From the NCBI GenBank assembly GCA_040770645.1, contig JAXGIS010000002.1, forward strand, positions 84,962 to 148,961: a stretch of DNA of 64,000 nt, given 5' to 3'. The translations under genes were made by a program, and so were the position numbers. This stretch comes from Thermoleophilia bacterium. GTDB taxonomy: Bacteria; Actinomycetota; Thermoleophilia; RBG-16-64-13. Below, one piece after another: positions 43,265-52,659 of the stretch (positions are counted from its first letter, which is position 1; every line of letters starts with the position of its first letter). Below the pieces are notes generated by a model, which ran no database searches, was not told the origin of the DNA, and saw nothing but the letters and a program-made list of their open reading frames with translations.

Positions 43265-43726
43265 CTACAACCGCCCCTCCGCCATCGCCTCCCTCACGTC
43301 GGCCAACACCTTGGCCGCATGCCCGCTGGCCTTGACCCGTTCGTACGCCAGTACTACCGTGCCGTCACGTGACACGACCACCGTGTCGCGTTCAGTGCGC
43401 CCGGTGGGTGACTTCAGGACCCTGTAATCGGCACTGATGGTCCTCTCTTCGTCGCCGATGAGTGGGAAGCGCAGCCCGTGCTTGGCACTGAACTTCTCTT
43501 GGGTCTTGAGCGTATCCACCGATGCTCCCACCACGGCAACCCCCAACGCCACAAACTCAACGAGAGCGCGGTAGAACTCAACCGCCTCGGTGGTTCAGCC
43601 GGGCGTGTTGGCTTTGGGGAAGAAGTAGAGAACGACAGGACCGCGCGTCAACAACTCCTCTAGGTCCACCGGTCCCTGGGTGCTCTCGGCCCGGAACACG
43701 GGCGCTCTCTCGCCAGTTGCAATCAT
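43265..43726 (-). CDS. bcp: Bcp/PrxQ-type peroxiredoxin with a predicted selenocysteine (TGA) at the peroxidatic position
   Basis: ATG 43726 follows GGAGGAG: MIATGERAPVFRAESTQGPVDLEELLTRGPVVLYFFPKANTPG-TGA(43597..43595)-TTEAVEFYRALVEFVALGVAVVGASVD..., in frame with the 95-aa ORF 43265..43552. This is the same position as Cys in the E. coli Bcp motif VYFYPKAMTPGCTVQA. Confidence 0.8.
43564..43588 (-). promoter_or_regulatory. candidate bacterial SECIS hairpin
   Basis: The RNA GAGGCGGU-UGAGUUCU-ACCGCGCUC starts 7 nt after the UGA. It forms 5 bp, a 1-nt bulge and 3 bp, with an 8-nt loop that has G at position 2. Confidence 0.5.
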
Positions 43727-43729
43727 GTC

Positions 43730-44092
43730 TCACTCCTCCGGCGGCTGAAATCCGAGTTTCACTTCGGTCCGGCCTGCTTCTTTGATCTTGCCGTACGCGC
43801 TCTCATAGCGAGCAAGGTTTTCCTGCAACGCGTTCACGATCCGCTTCATGTGGCTCGGATTGGTGATGACCCGGGCCACCACCTTACCCACGCCGCCGCA
43901 CACAAACGCGTAGTCCATGACGAACTCGGACACCGAGTGCTGCACGCCCATCATGTTGCTGTAGGTACCGGCCACCAAATCATCCGGGATCTTCACCTGG
44001 ATCTCCTCGGGACGTCCTGCTCTCTGCTCCGCCACAGCCTCAGCCTCCTTATCTCCATTACCGGCGACACCTGCCGTGCCACCCGACCGCAT
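43730..44092 (-). CDS. DUF3467-like small protein
   Basis: IPDDLVAGTYSNMMGVQHSVSEFVMDYAFV...ARVITNPSHMKRIVNALQENLARYE. Confidence 0.7.
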   Translation of the reverse strand: MRSGGTAGVAGNGDKEAEAVAEQRAGRPEEIQVKIPDDLVAGTYSNMMGVQHSVSEFVMDYAFVCGGVGKVVARVITNPSHMKRIVNALQENLARYESAYGKIKEAGRTEVKLGFQPPEE

Positions 44093-44096
44093 CGTC

Positions 44097-45317
44097 TCAG
44101 CTGTCGGCGCGCTCCCCGGCGAGCACTCGGTCTTTCCAGGTCAACCTACCCTGCATGGTCAGAACGGCGGACCTGACCCCTATCAGGATGACGGCGGCCA
44201 CCGTCACCGGGTACAGCAGAGCGAGATACAAGGGGATCTTGAACCGAGCACAAGCCATGATCCATGGAATCAACGCCACCACCGCCGCCATCGCCGCCCA
44301 ACGCATCGCCCCCGTCTCTGTCCCCGCTCCCAAGAAGGAGAGCAGCAGGACTCCAGCAGGCTCAAGAAAGGCCAAGCCCAGAACGGCGAAGAGAGCCAGC
44401 ATCGCCCACAGGCGATAGTGGAGGGCAGGGAATATGCACTTCCCCAGACCGTCTATCACTCCCTTGGCCGTGGCATACATACGGCATTCGACATGGCGGC
44501 TGCCGTCAAGGAGACGCCAGCGGAGCCCCTCGGCTTTGACAACCCGCGCCAGAGCCATGTCGTCCACCACGTCCATGCGTACGGTGGCGTGTCCGCCCAC
44601 GGCCGCATACGCGCTGCGCCTGAACAGCATGAACTGGCCGATAGCGCCTGAGAGCAGAGGAGTCCGGCTGCGATGCGCCACCGGAAGCGGCAACAGGGCC
44701 AGCAAAGCCCAGGCTATGACCGGCAGCACCAGTCGCTCGGCCCATGATCCCACGAGCTCGCGGGGAAGTGCGGTGAGAAGATCGGAATCCTCCACATACT
44801 GCGACAGCGCCGCATCCCGCAACATAGTGGGCCGATGTCGAGTATCGGCGTCCGTGAAGAGCAACAACTCCCCAGAAGCCTGGGCTGCCAATTGGTGGCA
44901 GGCCCAGTGCTTGCCCAGCCAACCCCCGGGAAGCGGCCGGCCGCGAATCAGGCGAACGCGCTCATCGTCGGAGGCGAACCCGGCCACCACTGCAGCCGTG
45001 CCGTCGCTGGACTCATCGTCCAGTACGAGAATTTCAAAGTGCGGGTACTCCTGACCCACCAGCGAACTCAGGCAGGCACCTATGTTCCCCTCTTCGTTGC
45101 GGGCCGGGACCAGCACCGAGATCATGGGCCACTCCGCGGGTACGGCGGAGGAGACCGGCGCCGCCGACCCGCTGGGACGCAGATCGCCGAGGCGACGCAG
45201 GTGGAAGGAGTTCATCACGGCCACAGCCAGGATGCCCAACAAAACGAGCATCACCACCAGCCGATGCTGACCCCACAGCGACACCAACTTGGCGAACACA
45301 TCAAGCATGATGCTCAT
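44097..45317 (-). CDS. family 2 glycosyltransferase, membrane-bound (carotenoid/lipid glycosyltransferase-like)
   Basis: ISVLVPARNEEGNI...ILVLDDESSDGT...LLFTDADT, plus C-terminal transmembrane helices. Confidence 0.85.
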   Translation of the reverse strand: MSIMLDVFAKLVSLWGQHRLVVMLVLLGILAVAVMNSFHLRRLGDLRPSGSAAPVSSAVPAEWPMISVLVPARNEEGNIGACLSSLVGQEYPHFEILVLDDESSDGTAAVVAGFASDDERVRLIRGRPLPGGWLGKHWACHQLAAQASGELLLFTDADTRHRPTMLRDAALSQYVEDSDLLTALPRELVGSWAERLVLPVIAWALLALLPLPVAHRSRTPLLSGAIGQFMLFRRSAYAAVGGHATVRMDVVDDMALARVVKAEGLRWRLLDGSRHVECRMYATAKGVIDGLGKCIFPALHYRLWAMLALFAVLGLAFLEPAGVLLLSFLGAGTETGAMRWAAMAAVVALIPWIMACARFKIPLYLALLYPVTVAAVILIGVRSAVLTMQGRLTWKDRVLAGERADS

Positions 45318-45368
45318 GAGTGCCTCCTCGCCGGCAGCCGGCCACGCAGTGCCGGCGGTTTCCTCAGC

Positions 45369-45943
45369 TCATGACGATGCTTCAGGATCAGGACTGCTGT
45401 GCACCCACACCAAGTGCCCACCATCGGTAACCCTTCGCCACACAGCACCAGGTAGAACGAGGAAGGCCACCATGCCCAGGAGCACCGTCCAGGCATCGGA
45501 GGTCTGCCACGCATGCATCAGACCCCAAGCACACAGCCAGAGCCACCATGCCCACCGGGCCCAGCAGCCCCAACCAGGCCCCGAACACGGCAGCGATGGC
45601 TTTGCCGCCACGAAAGCGCAGCCACGGCGAGAAGGCGTGCCCCAGCACCGGGAGAGCGCCATGGCGGCCAGCGGCCAGCTCCTCATTCCCCCACGAAGCC
45701 GCCAGCGTAGTCGGGACTGCCGACTCGGCCAACTCCAACACCACGCCCAGGGTTCCCCAACGCCAGCCTCCCGCACGCCACAGATTCACCGCTCCCGGGA
45801 TTTCCGTCCCCAAAGCTCCGGACATCGGTGTCAAGAAAAGCCCTCCCCACCCAGACCGCCAGAGGACAGGAACCGAGGAAGAACCCTGCCGCATACCAGG
45901 CCACCAGCACCCACCCCGCTTCGCCCCAAGCCAAGCCTGCCAC
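45369..45943 (-). pseudogene. plsY: glycerol-3-phosphate acyltransferase PlsY, two frameshifts
   Basis: FFLGSCPLAVWVGRAFLDTDVRSFGDGNPG; then VNLWRAGGWRWG...LPVLGHAFSPWLRFRGGKAIAAVFG...; then a C-terminal transmembrane segment in a third frame. Shifts are near 45790 and 45530. Confidence 0.8.
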
Positions 45944-45959
45944 GCCGGCACACCCCTAC

Positions 45960-47180
45960 CTACGCCGCGCGTTCCATGCACTCAACAAAATGCTGGAAGT
46001 GGTAGCGGCCGTCGTGCGGCCCTGGGCTCGCCTCCGGAAGGTACTGCACGCCAAACGCCGGGATATCCTGGAGGCGCAATCCCTCCACCGTGCCGTCATT
46101 GAGATTGAGGTGGGTCACCTGCACAGGCCCATAATCGGTATCCAGCCACAGCTCTTCGGCGCGAATAGCAGACAAGTTACTGTCTCTCTCCAGCGCCTCC
46201 GTCACCACCCGCGGCGTCTCCACGGCGAAGCCGTGATTCTGACTGGTGATCTCGATGAGATCCAGGACGTAGTTCTTCACGGGATGGTTGACCCCGTGAT
46301 GGCCGAATCTCAACTTGTGGGTACGCAGCCCCACCGCCGTCGCGAGCAACTCGTGCCCCAGGCAGGTGGCGAAGATGGGCACACGACCCAGCAATCCCCG
46401 GATGGCCTCTACGGCATAAGTGAGCGGAGCGGGATCGCCGGGGCCGTTGGAGAGGAACACCCCGTCCGGGCTCAGGGCCAGCGCCTGTTCGGCCGAGAAG
46501 GAGGCCGGTACCACGGTGACCCGACACCCCGCCTCCTGAAGACAGCGAAGAGCGGAGCGTCTGATGCCGTAGTCGAACGCCACCACGTGGAAGCGCCTCT
46601 TGCCGGTCACCCGCGACTCCGTCGTTTCCCCACGCTCCGCCACCTCGGCCTCGTATGGGTGGGCAGAGGTGACGTTCTGCACCAAGTCGCGGCCGGCGAG
46701 CGCCCCAAAGCCGCGCACATCCGCCAAAAGGCCGTTGACATCAAATGCGGAACCGGCGGCCACGCACGCGGTCATGGTTCCCTGCTCACGAAGATGCCGC
46801 GTCAACGCACGCGTGTCCACGCCGCCCACGCCCACCACCCCGTGGGCGCTCAACCAGTCCACCCACGGCTCCGGGCTGGTCCGGTTGTAGTTGGTGTTCT
46901 TAACCTCACGCACCACCAGGGCCCGCGCGTGCGCACGATCCGACTCCATCTGCCACTCGCCCACCCCGCAGTTGCCAACCATGGGGTACGTGAAGACCAG
47001 CAACTGTCCGTGAGAGGAGGGGTCGGTGACCATTTCCTGGTACCCGGTCATTCCCGTGCCGAAGACGATCTCGCCCAGGGCCTTCCCCTCAACCCCGAAG
47101 CCGAAGCCCAGGAAGACCGCGCCGTCTTCCAGCACCACGTAACCCGGCACCTCACTCCTATACACCGGGAGCCTCCGCAT
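45960..47180 (-). CDS. carA: carbamoyl-phosphate synthase small (glutaminase) subunit
   Basis: GEIVFGTGMTGYQEMVTDPSSHGQLLVFTYPMVGNCG and the FATCLGHELL catalytic Cys. The start is probably ATG 47180. Confidence 0.92.
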   Translation of the reverse strand: MRRLPVYRSEVPGYVVLEDGAVFLGFGFGVEGKALGEIVFGTGMTGYQEMVTDPSSHGQLLVFTYPMVGNCGVGEWQMESDRAHARALVVREVKNTNYNRTSPEPWVDWLSAHGVVGVGGVDTRALTRHLREQGTMTACVAAGSAFDVNGLLADVRGFGALAGRDLVQNVTSAHPYEAEVAERGETTESRVTGKRRFHVVAFDYGIRRSALRCLQEAGCRVTVVPASFSAEQALALSPDGVFLSNGPGDPAPLTYAVEAIRGLLGRVPIFATCLGHELLATAVGLRTHKLRFGHHGVNHPVKNYVLDLIEITSQNHGFAVETPRVVTEALERDSNLSAIRAEELWLDTDYGPVQVTHLNLNDGTVEGLRLQDIPAFGVQYLPEASPGPHDGRYHFQHFVECMERAA

Positions 47181-48625
47181 TCCCCGAGAAGCCGGAGACC
47201 GACCGGCGCGCCCGCGCGAAGCGCCGGGCGCCGTCCACCACGGTGAGCAACACGCGCCCCTGCACACGCCGGCCCAGGAACGCCGAATTACGGCACTTGC
47301 CCTTGAGGTCGGCTGTGGTTACCGTCCAGTCCTCATCGAGATCGGCGACACAGAACCGGGCCGGCGCACCCACCTGCAACTGTGGAGCAGGCAGGCCCAG
47401 CACGCGGCACGGCCCAGAGCTGAGAGCGCGAATGAGCACTCCCAAGGAGATGTCTCCGGGTACCACCAATCCTCCGTACAACGCGGCAAACGCCGTCTCC
47501 AGGCCCACCGTCCCGAAGGGCGCTTCCTCAAACGGAACCTCTTTTTCATGCGGTGCATGAGGAGCGTGATCGGTGCCGATGCAGTCGATGGCGCCTTCCA
47601 CCAGCCCCGTCACAAGCGCCCGCCTATCCGACTCTGAGCGCAGCGGGGGGTTGACCTTCAGGTTCTGATCGAAGCTCCGCACCGCCTCATCAGTCAAGAG
47701 AAGGTGGTGAGGCGTTACCTCGCAGGTTACCGGCAGCCCCGCGGATTTGGCTCCCGTCAGCAGACGCAGGCTCTCAGCCGCAGAGAGGTGTTGAAAGTGC
47801 ACGAACGGTTCCCGCTCTGGCGCGTGCTCGAGAGTGCGGCTCCTTCCGGCCTCCGCTCCGCCGCCGCGCACGGCCAGCGCTTCTTCCTCCGCCGCCGCGT
47901 AGGCCGCCACCTGCAGATCCCGGCCAGGGCCCTGTCTCGGCCGTATAGGGCACTCCCGCAGGCCCAAGCGAGCGCTCCAGCGCCCCTCGTGCATGACGCC
48001 CGCTGCGGACAGAGCCCGGTCCTCGAGATGCAACAGTACCGGCCGGCCGGTCCCCCGCAGGTAGCGCAGCGCGTGCAGGAGGAGATCGGAGTTGTTGACG
48101 GGCCGGCCGTCGTCGGAGAAGGCAACCACGCGGCCTCACACAACTCCCTCATTTCCGCCATGTCTTGCCCTCGAGTCCACGGCTGACGGCTCCCACCTGG
48201 CCCACCAGTACGTCGGCTCCGGCCGCGGCTTGGTCGAGCACCCAGGAGGCAAGCGGCCCCACATCCACGGGCGGCTCCGTATTGGCCATGCCAACCACGG
48301 CTACGAACCCGCCGGCCGCCGCAGCCCGGGATGCGCTGACCACGTCCTCCTTGTACTCCAGTCCGGGCGTACGTAGGTGGGCGTGTGGGTCCACGAAGCC
48401 GGGAAAGACCCAACAGCCGGTGAGATCTCCGAGCACCTCGGCCCCCTCCGGCGCCACCAACGCACCGCCCATGGCGGCGATGCAACCATCCTCCACCAGC
48501 AGGTCGCCGACCAGGTCAACACCGCAACTCGGATCGAAGAGGTGAACAGAGGGTAGGAGCAGGCACTCCTGCGGACGCGGCCGACACGCCAAACGCGGCG
48601 CGGTGCCGGAAGAGGATGAAGTCAT
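47158..48625 (-). pseudogene. pyrC: dihydroorotase, two frameshifts near 48130-48170
   Basis: PGFVDPHAHLRTPG in ORF 48149..48625; QDMAEMRELCEA in a second frame; VVAFSDDGRPV...HLEDR...EVTPHHLLLTD...GTDHAPH in ORF 47158..48129. Confidence 0.88.
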
Positions 48626-48631
48626 CCGAGG

Positions 48632-48668
48632 TTCCTTTCGGTCTCACGGGATCCGATTAAAGGCCATT
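48632..48668 (-). promoter_or_regulatory. PyrR-binding RNA site in the pyrC-carA leader, overlapping the Shine-Dalgarno sequence
   Basis: A 37-nt exact copy of 3262..3298. The RNA ends ...GACCGAAAGGAACCUCGG-AUG (pyrC ATG 48625). Confidence 0.7.
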
Positions 48669-48854
48669 TCATCTTAGCGCGGTGTCGGCACGCCCGCAAT
48701 CCGGCAAGCCGGTCGGCCGATGATCCCGAGAGCGCACGCGACTCGTTGGTCTGCAGATCGGAGCCCTGCCCTTAGCTCAACTATACGAGCATCCAAGTGG
48801 AGGAACGGTTGTGACCGGTTCCCGAGCCCCCAGTACAACACGTACCTGCATAGC

Positions 48855-49175
48855 TCAACCGGCTTTCACAGTCCACGGGCTCCGCCTGAGCCCGGGCAAA
48901 ACGAACGCAACGAGCGCGGCTCCCGCGAAGACAAGACCAATCGCCAAGAGAGCCCACCACTTGACCCAGAGCGTTCCCGGCCACAGAAGATAGTCGACCA
49001 TATTGAACTGCCGGTGTGCGGCCTCCGGGACAAACACGGAGAACCGCAGGCCTCGCAAAAGCAGCAGGGCGCCGACCAGCACCGCTGCCACTATCCAGAT
49101 CGGCCACATGCGTGCGTCTACGAGAAGGGAGAGAAGCAAGGCTAGGGCTGCCACCAACGCGGCTAACGACCACAA
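48855..49175 (-). CDS. hypothetical small membrane protein
   Basis: Three hydrophobic helices (LAALVAALALLLSLLV, WIVAAVLVGALLLL, WWALLAIGLVFAGAALVAFVL). No family was recognised. Confidence 0.45.
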   Translation of the reverse strand: MWSLAALVAALALLLSLLVDARMWPIWIVAAVLVGALLLLRGLRFSVFVPEAAHRQFNMVDYLLWPGTLWVKWWALLAIGLVFAGAALVAFVLPGLRRSPWTVKAG

Positions 49176-49450
49176 AGGAAACCGGGTGAACCCCAGGGAT
49201 AGGGGCTACCGGCAAAACGCCCGAACACGCTCAAGACGAAGCTCGCATCACGAACGAAGAACGCCGCCCAGAACACCACCAGCAGTAGAGCAACGGCGAC
49301 CAGACGTACGCGTCTCGACTTCACGGAGGACGCTCCTCTTGCATCATGTCTCGGGACACCACCCTCGGCGGGCTCTCGCGCACTACTGTGCGGTCCAACA
49401 GAACCGCCACCGCCAGAAGCACAGCCCATATCGGACTTGGCCGCTGTCAC
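49163..49450 (-). CDS. hypothetical protein with one transmembrane helix
   Basis: The GTG start overlaps the PAS gene stop (GTGA). Transmembrane helix VRLVAVALLLVVFWAAFFV. Third-position GC is modest, so this call is weak. Confidence 0.3.
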   Translation of the reverse strand: MTAAKSDMGCASGGGGSVGPHSSAREPAEGGVPRHDARGASSVKSRRVRLVAVALLLVVFWAAFFVRDASFVLSVFGRFAGSPYPWGSPGFLCGR

Positions 49451-49794
49451 CGCCAGGCGGGGCGTACCACCCCCAGGGTGGCCGGAGCGGCCTCATAATC
49501 CCCCAATGTCACCCAGAGCCGCACCGGCACTCGAGTCTCGCCGTCCCGCTCCAGAAGACGAAACTCGTACTCGGGAGGGACTTGTTCACCGGCCCAGCGC
49601 CGACGGTAGCGATCCGCCACCATGTCCAGATCCTCGGGCGCGATCACCTCCGTGAACTCGGCGCCCACCACCTCGTCCGTGTGTCGGCCCAGAATCCGCG
49701 CGAACGCCTCGTTACAGAAGATGAATCGCCGATCCCGGATCACGAACACACCCTCGTCGACGTGCGTGGCCAGTGTTTTGAACAGATCGTCCAT
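49447..49794 (-). CDS. stand-alone PAS domain protein
   Basis: EGVFVIRDRRFIFCNEAFARILGRHTDEVVG...YEFRLLERDGETRVPV. Confidence 0.75.
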   Translation of the reverse strand: MDDLFKTLATHVDEGVFVIRDRRFIFCNEAFARILGRHTDEVVGAEFTEVIAPEDLDMVADRYRRRWAGEQVPPEYEFRLLERDGETRVPVRLWVTLGDYEAAPATLGVVRPAWR

Positions 49795-50013
49795 GTCGGC
49801 ACCTCCACTCCGGGCCTACCCACATTTCCAACCGGGTGAAACTCCAACCGCAGCCGCGGCTGCATCTGTGGGCCAGTTCCCGGCCAAAGGGCGCGCCTGC
49901 CGAGACGTCGGCGTTCCGACCCGCTCATTCGTGGGTATATGTGAAATGAGATCCGTCCACCGAACGCGGAAGCCGCCGTGCAGGCGGACCCGCCCCCCAC
50001 GAGGAGGAGCCAC

Positions 50014-50400
50014 ATGGGCAAGACGTGTTACAACTGCGGCACTGAGAACGCCGACAGCGAGCGCTTCTGTCGTGAGTGCGGCGCCAACTTGGAGTCCATA
50101 GCCCAGATGAAGGACACCGGACTGCAGGCTGGAGTGCCAGAGGAGCGCGTGCTGTGGGACAACGGCGAGATCCAGCTCACCACCGAGGCGGTTCTCATCG
50201 GTATGGGCACCGACATGCCGGATGTGGTTCCGCTCTCAACCATTGAAGATGTTGAACTAGAAGAGAAGTGTGTGGTCCTCAAAGTCAAGAACGGCCCCGA
50301 CCACTACTGCATGCTGGCCGATCCCCATGAACTGGCCACCATGATCAAAGAGCAGGTCTTCCGGCCTCGTCTGGCCCACCAGCGGAAGGACATGGCGTAA
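50014..50400 (+). CDS. zinc-ribbon plus bacterial PH-like domain protein
   Basis: ATG 50014 follows GAGGAGGAG: MGKTCYNCGTENADSERFCRECG, then VLWDNGEIQLTTEAVLIG...VVLKVKNG. Confidence 0.7.
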   Translation: MGKTCYNCGTENADSERFCRECGANLESIAQMKDTGLQAGVPEERVLWDNGEIQLTTEAVLIGMGTDMPDVVPLSTIEDVELEEKCVVLKVKNGPDHYCMLADPHELATMIKEQVFRPRLAHQRKDMA

Positions 50401-50998
50401 ATCCCGCTGGAATGAGCCTCTCCAGCAGATAGCCCAAACCAATGAAAACGGGCAGCGTTACGGTAGTTCTCAGTAGCGAGAACTGCCAGCCCAGGAATGC
50501 CACCTCAAAACTCAGCAGGGGGATTTTGGCGGCGGAGAACGCGCCCAGATAAATGAAGACGTTGCGCGGCGCCGTACCCTTGCGCCACAGCGCCGCCGCC
50601 ACCGGGAAGGCGGCATAGAGCGGGCCCGCCTGCAGCGTGGCCAGGAGCACCATCCACAAGATAGCGAGCGGGCCCGAACCACTACCGAGGTGCCTTTCGA
50701 TGAAGCGCTTGGGCACCCACACGTCGAAGAGTCCCACCAACATGAACATGGCGGGCAGTATCTGGACCATCTCTAGAAGAAAGCGGGCCAGACCGGCCCC
50801 CGCGGCGCCTCCCACGGAAAACCCTCCGGTACAGGCGTGATAGGCCCACATGGCCAGCACCAGCACTGCCGGGATGCTTCCCCACAGCCAAGCCCCGGGT
50901 CGCCGCCTCCCGCCCAGTTGTCGTGGCGATCCGTCCGGTGGCTGTGGCTGCCCACCCTGGTGTTGCAGCGGCGCGCTCGGTTTCTCCGCGTGGTTCAT
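50345..50998 (-). CDS. permease family membrane protein (second half of a split two-gene permease)
   Basis: LPAMFMLVGLFDVWVPKRFIERHLG...LQAGPLYAAFPVAAAL... resembles predicted-permease (ArsP_1-like) proteins. It overlaps the upstream gene by 4 nt. Confidence 0.65.
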   Translation of the reverse strand: MNHAEKPSAPLQHQGGQPQPPDGSPRQLGGRRRPGAWLWGSIPAVLVLAMWAYHACTGGFSVGGAAGAGLARFLLEMVQILPAMFMLVGLFDVWVPKRFIERHLGSGSGPLAILWMVLLATLQAGPLYAAFPVAAALWRKGTAPRNVFIYLGAFSAAKIPLLSFEVAFLGWQFSLLRTTVTLPVFIGLGYLLERLIPAGFTPCPSAGGPDEAGRPAL

Positions 50999-51465
50999 TT
51001 CAGAACCAGGACCATCACCAGCGCCACCACCACCGAACCCCCAAAGGCCAACGCGTTTCGCAGCAACGCCACCCGCCGGCCGAAGAACGAGATCTCAATA
51101 GGCAACGTGGTTACTCCCACCATCATGAGGGTGGTGATGAAGGCGGCCAGCACCCCCACCCCTGCCCCCAGTTCACGGAGAACGGCCGCCAGCGGATAGG
51201 CCACAAATGCTGGAATGAGCGCAATACTTCCTATGAATAAAGCCAAGATGAAGGATATTGGGCCACTCCCGCCCAGAATGGCGGCCAGCGTGGCCGGAGG
51301 CACCGCCGCCAAGAGCAGGCTGATCACCGCCAGCACGCCCAAGAGCAGTGGAAACACGCTCTGCAGCATGGACAGCGCACGTCTCACTGCCCGTAGGGTC
51401 TTGCGTCGATCCGCCAACAGCGACACCAGTAGCGCCGCCCCGGTCATGATCCAGAGCACGATCAC
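50995..51465 (-). CDS. permease family membrane protein (first half of the split permease)
   Basis: 156 aa with 4-5 transmembrane helices. Translationally coupled to 50345..50998. Confidence 0.65.
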   Translation of the reverse strand: MIVLWIMTGAALLVSLLADRRKTLRAVRRALSMLQSVFPLLLGVLAVISLLLAAVPPATLAAILGGSGPISFILALFIGSIALIPAFVAYPLAAVLRELGAGVGVLAAFITTLMMVGVTTLPIEISFFGRRVALLRNALAFGGSVVVALVMVLVLK

Positions 51466-51510
51466 GCCGTTAAGCCGCCCCCCACGCCGGCCTCAGGCAC
51501 CCGGCAACCC

Positions 51511-52428
51511 CTATGCCGCCTCCTCCTCCAACTGCGGCGCCAATGCCTGGTAGAGGATGGCCATGCGCACGGCCAGACCTGATTCCACCTGGTGAAGAAT
51601 GAGGCTCTGCTCACAGTCGGCCAGGTCGCCGGTCATCTCCACCCCGCGGTTGATGGGCCCGGGGTGCATCACGCGCTGCTCCGGCAGCAGCCTGTAGGGG
51701 TCCAGACCCCAGACCTGGCTGTATTCGCGTAGACTGGGCACGGCCGCCATCCGCCCCCGCACCCGCTCGAGCTGCATGCGTAAGAGATAGATGACGTCCA
51801 CATCGCGCAGTGCGTCGAGATCGTAGTAGACGGGCACCCCCCAGCTCTCGATCCCGGGCGGCATGAGCGTGGGTGGCCCCACCAAGCGCACTTCGATGCC
51901 CATTTTGCGGAAGCCGAAGATGTTGGAGCGGGCCACGCGGCTGCTGACCACGTCACCCACAATGGCCACTTTGAGTCCCTTGAGCGCCCCGTAGGTGCGG
52001 CGCAGGCTGTAAAGATCGAGCAGACACTGAGTGGGATGCTCCCCCGTACCGTCGCCGGCGTTTATGACCGACGCCTTGCTGTAGCGCGTGGCCATACGCG
52101 ACGCCCCCACCTGCGCGTGCCTCATAACGATGATGTCGGGGCGGTAGCTCTCCAGCGTGAGGATGGTGTCCTTCAGGCTCTCGCCTTTGGCCACGGCCGA
52201 AGACGATCCCTTGATATTGATGACGTCGGCCGAGAGCCGCTTGCCGGCGATCTCAAAAGAAGCCTGGGTACGAGTGCTGGGCTCGAAGAACATGTTGATC
52301 TGGGTGCGCCCGCGCAGCGTGGGCACTTTCTTGATGGGGCGCGAGGCAACTTCCAGAAAACCGTCGCTCAGCTGGAATATGCCCTCGATATCGGCTACAG
52401 AGAGATCGTCGATTGAGATGAGATGCAT
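51511..52428 (-). CDS. pyrB: aspartate carbamoyltransferase catalytic subunit
   Basis: FFEPSTRTQASFE, HPTQCLLD, MHPGPINRG. Start at ATG 52428. Confidence 0.93.
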   Translation of the reverse strand: MHLISIDDLSVADIEGIFQLSDGFLEVASRPIKKVPTLRGRTQINMFFEPSTRTQASFEIAGKRLSADVINIKGSSSAVAKGESLKDTILTLESYRPDIIVMRHAQVGASRMATRYSKASVINAGDGTGEHPTQCLLDLYSLRRTYGALKGLKVAIVGDVVSSRVARSNIFGFRKMGIEVRLVGPPTLMPPGIESWGVPVYYDLDALRDVDVIYLLRMQLERVRGRMAAVPSLREYSQVWGLDPYRLLPEQRVMHPGPINRGVEMTGDLADCEQSLILHQVESGLAVRMAILYQALAPQLEEEAA

Positions 52429-52435
52429 CGGGCGG

Positions 52436-52468
52436 CTCTTCCGGCCTCTCTGGACACGCTTAAAGGTC
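52436..52468 (-). promoter_or_regulatory. canonical PyrR-binding RNA site in the pyrB leader
   Basis: The RNA reads GACCUUUAAGCGUGUCCAGAGAGGCCGGAAGAGCCGCCCG-AUG. It contains the UUUAA...GUCCAGAGAGGC core, and its 3' arm carries the SD (GGAAGAG). Confidence 0.75.
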
Positions 52469-52566
52469 AACCTCACCTGCCGCAATGATTCTACAACCAA
52501 CCGGCTTCGAGCACAGTACCCCGTCTGCCGGCTGCGGTTGCCCTTAGCAAAGCGCCTTATTACTCT

Positions 52567-52595
52567 TTGTTTAAAACATGCTTCATTTTTATATG
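52567..52595 (+). promoter_or_regulatory. candidate sigma-70-type promoter in an AT-rich spacer
   Basis: TTGTTT-17 nt-TATATG lies within the only strongly AT-rich stretch of the window (about 52555..52610). Confidence 0.35.
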
Positions 52596-52659
52596 TTCTT
52601 TATGTATCCTTGCGCCGTCACAGGCTCGTTTCGGTGAGCCCAGCCCGAAGGAGGCCCAG

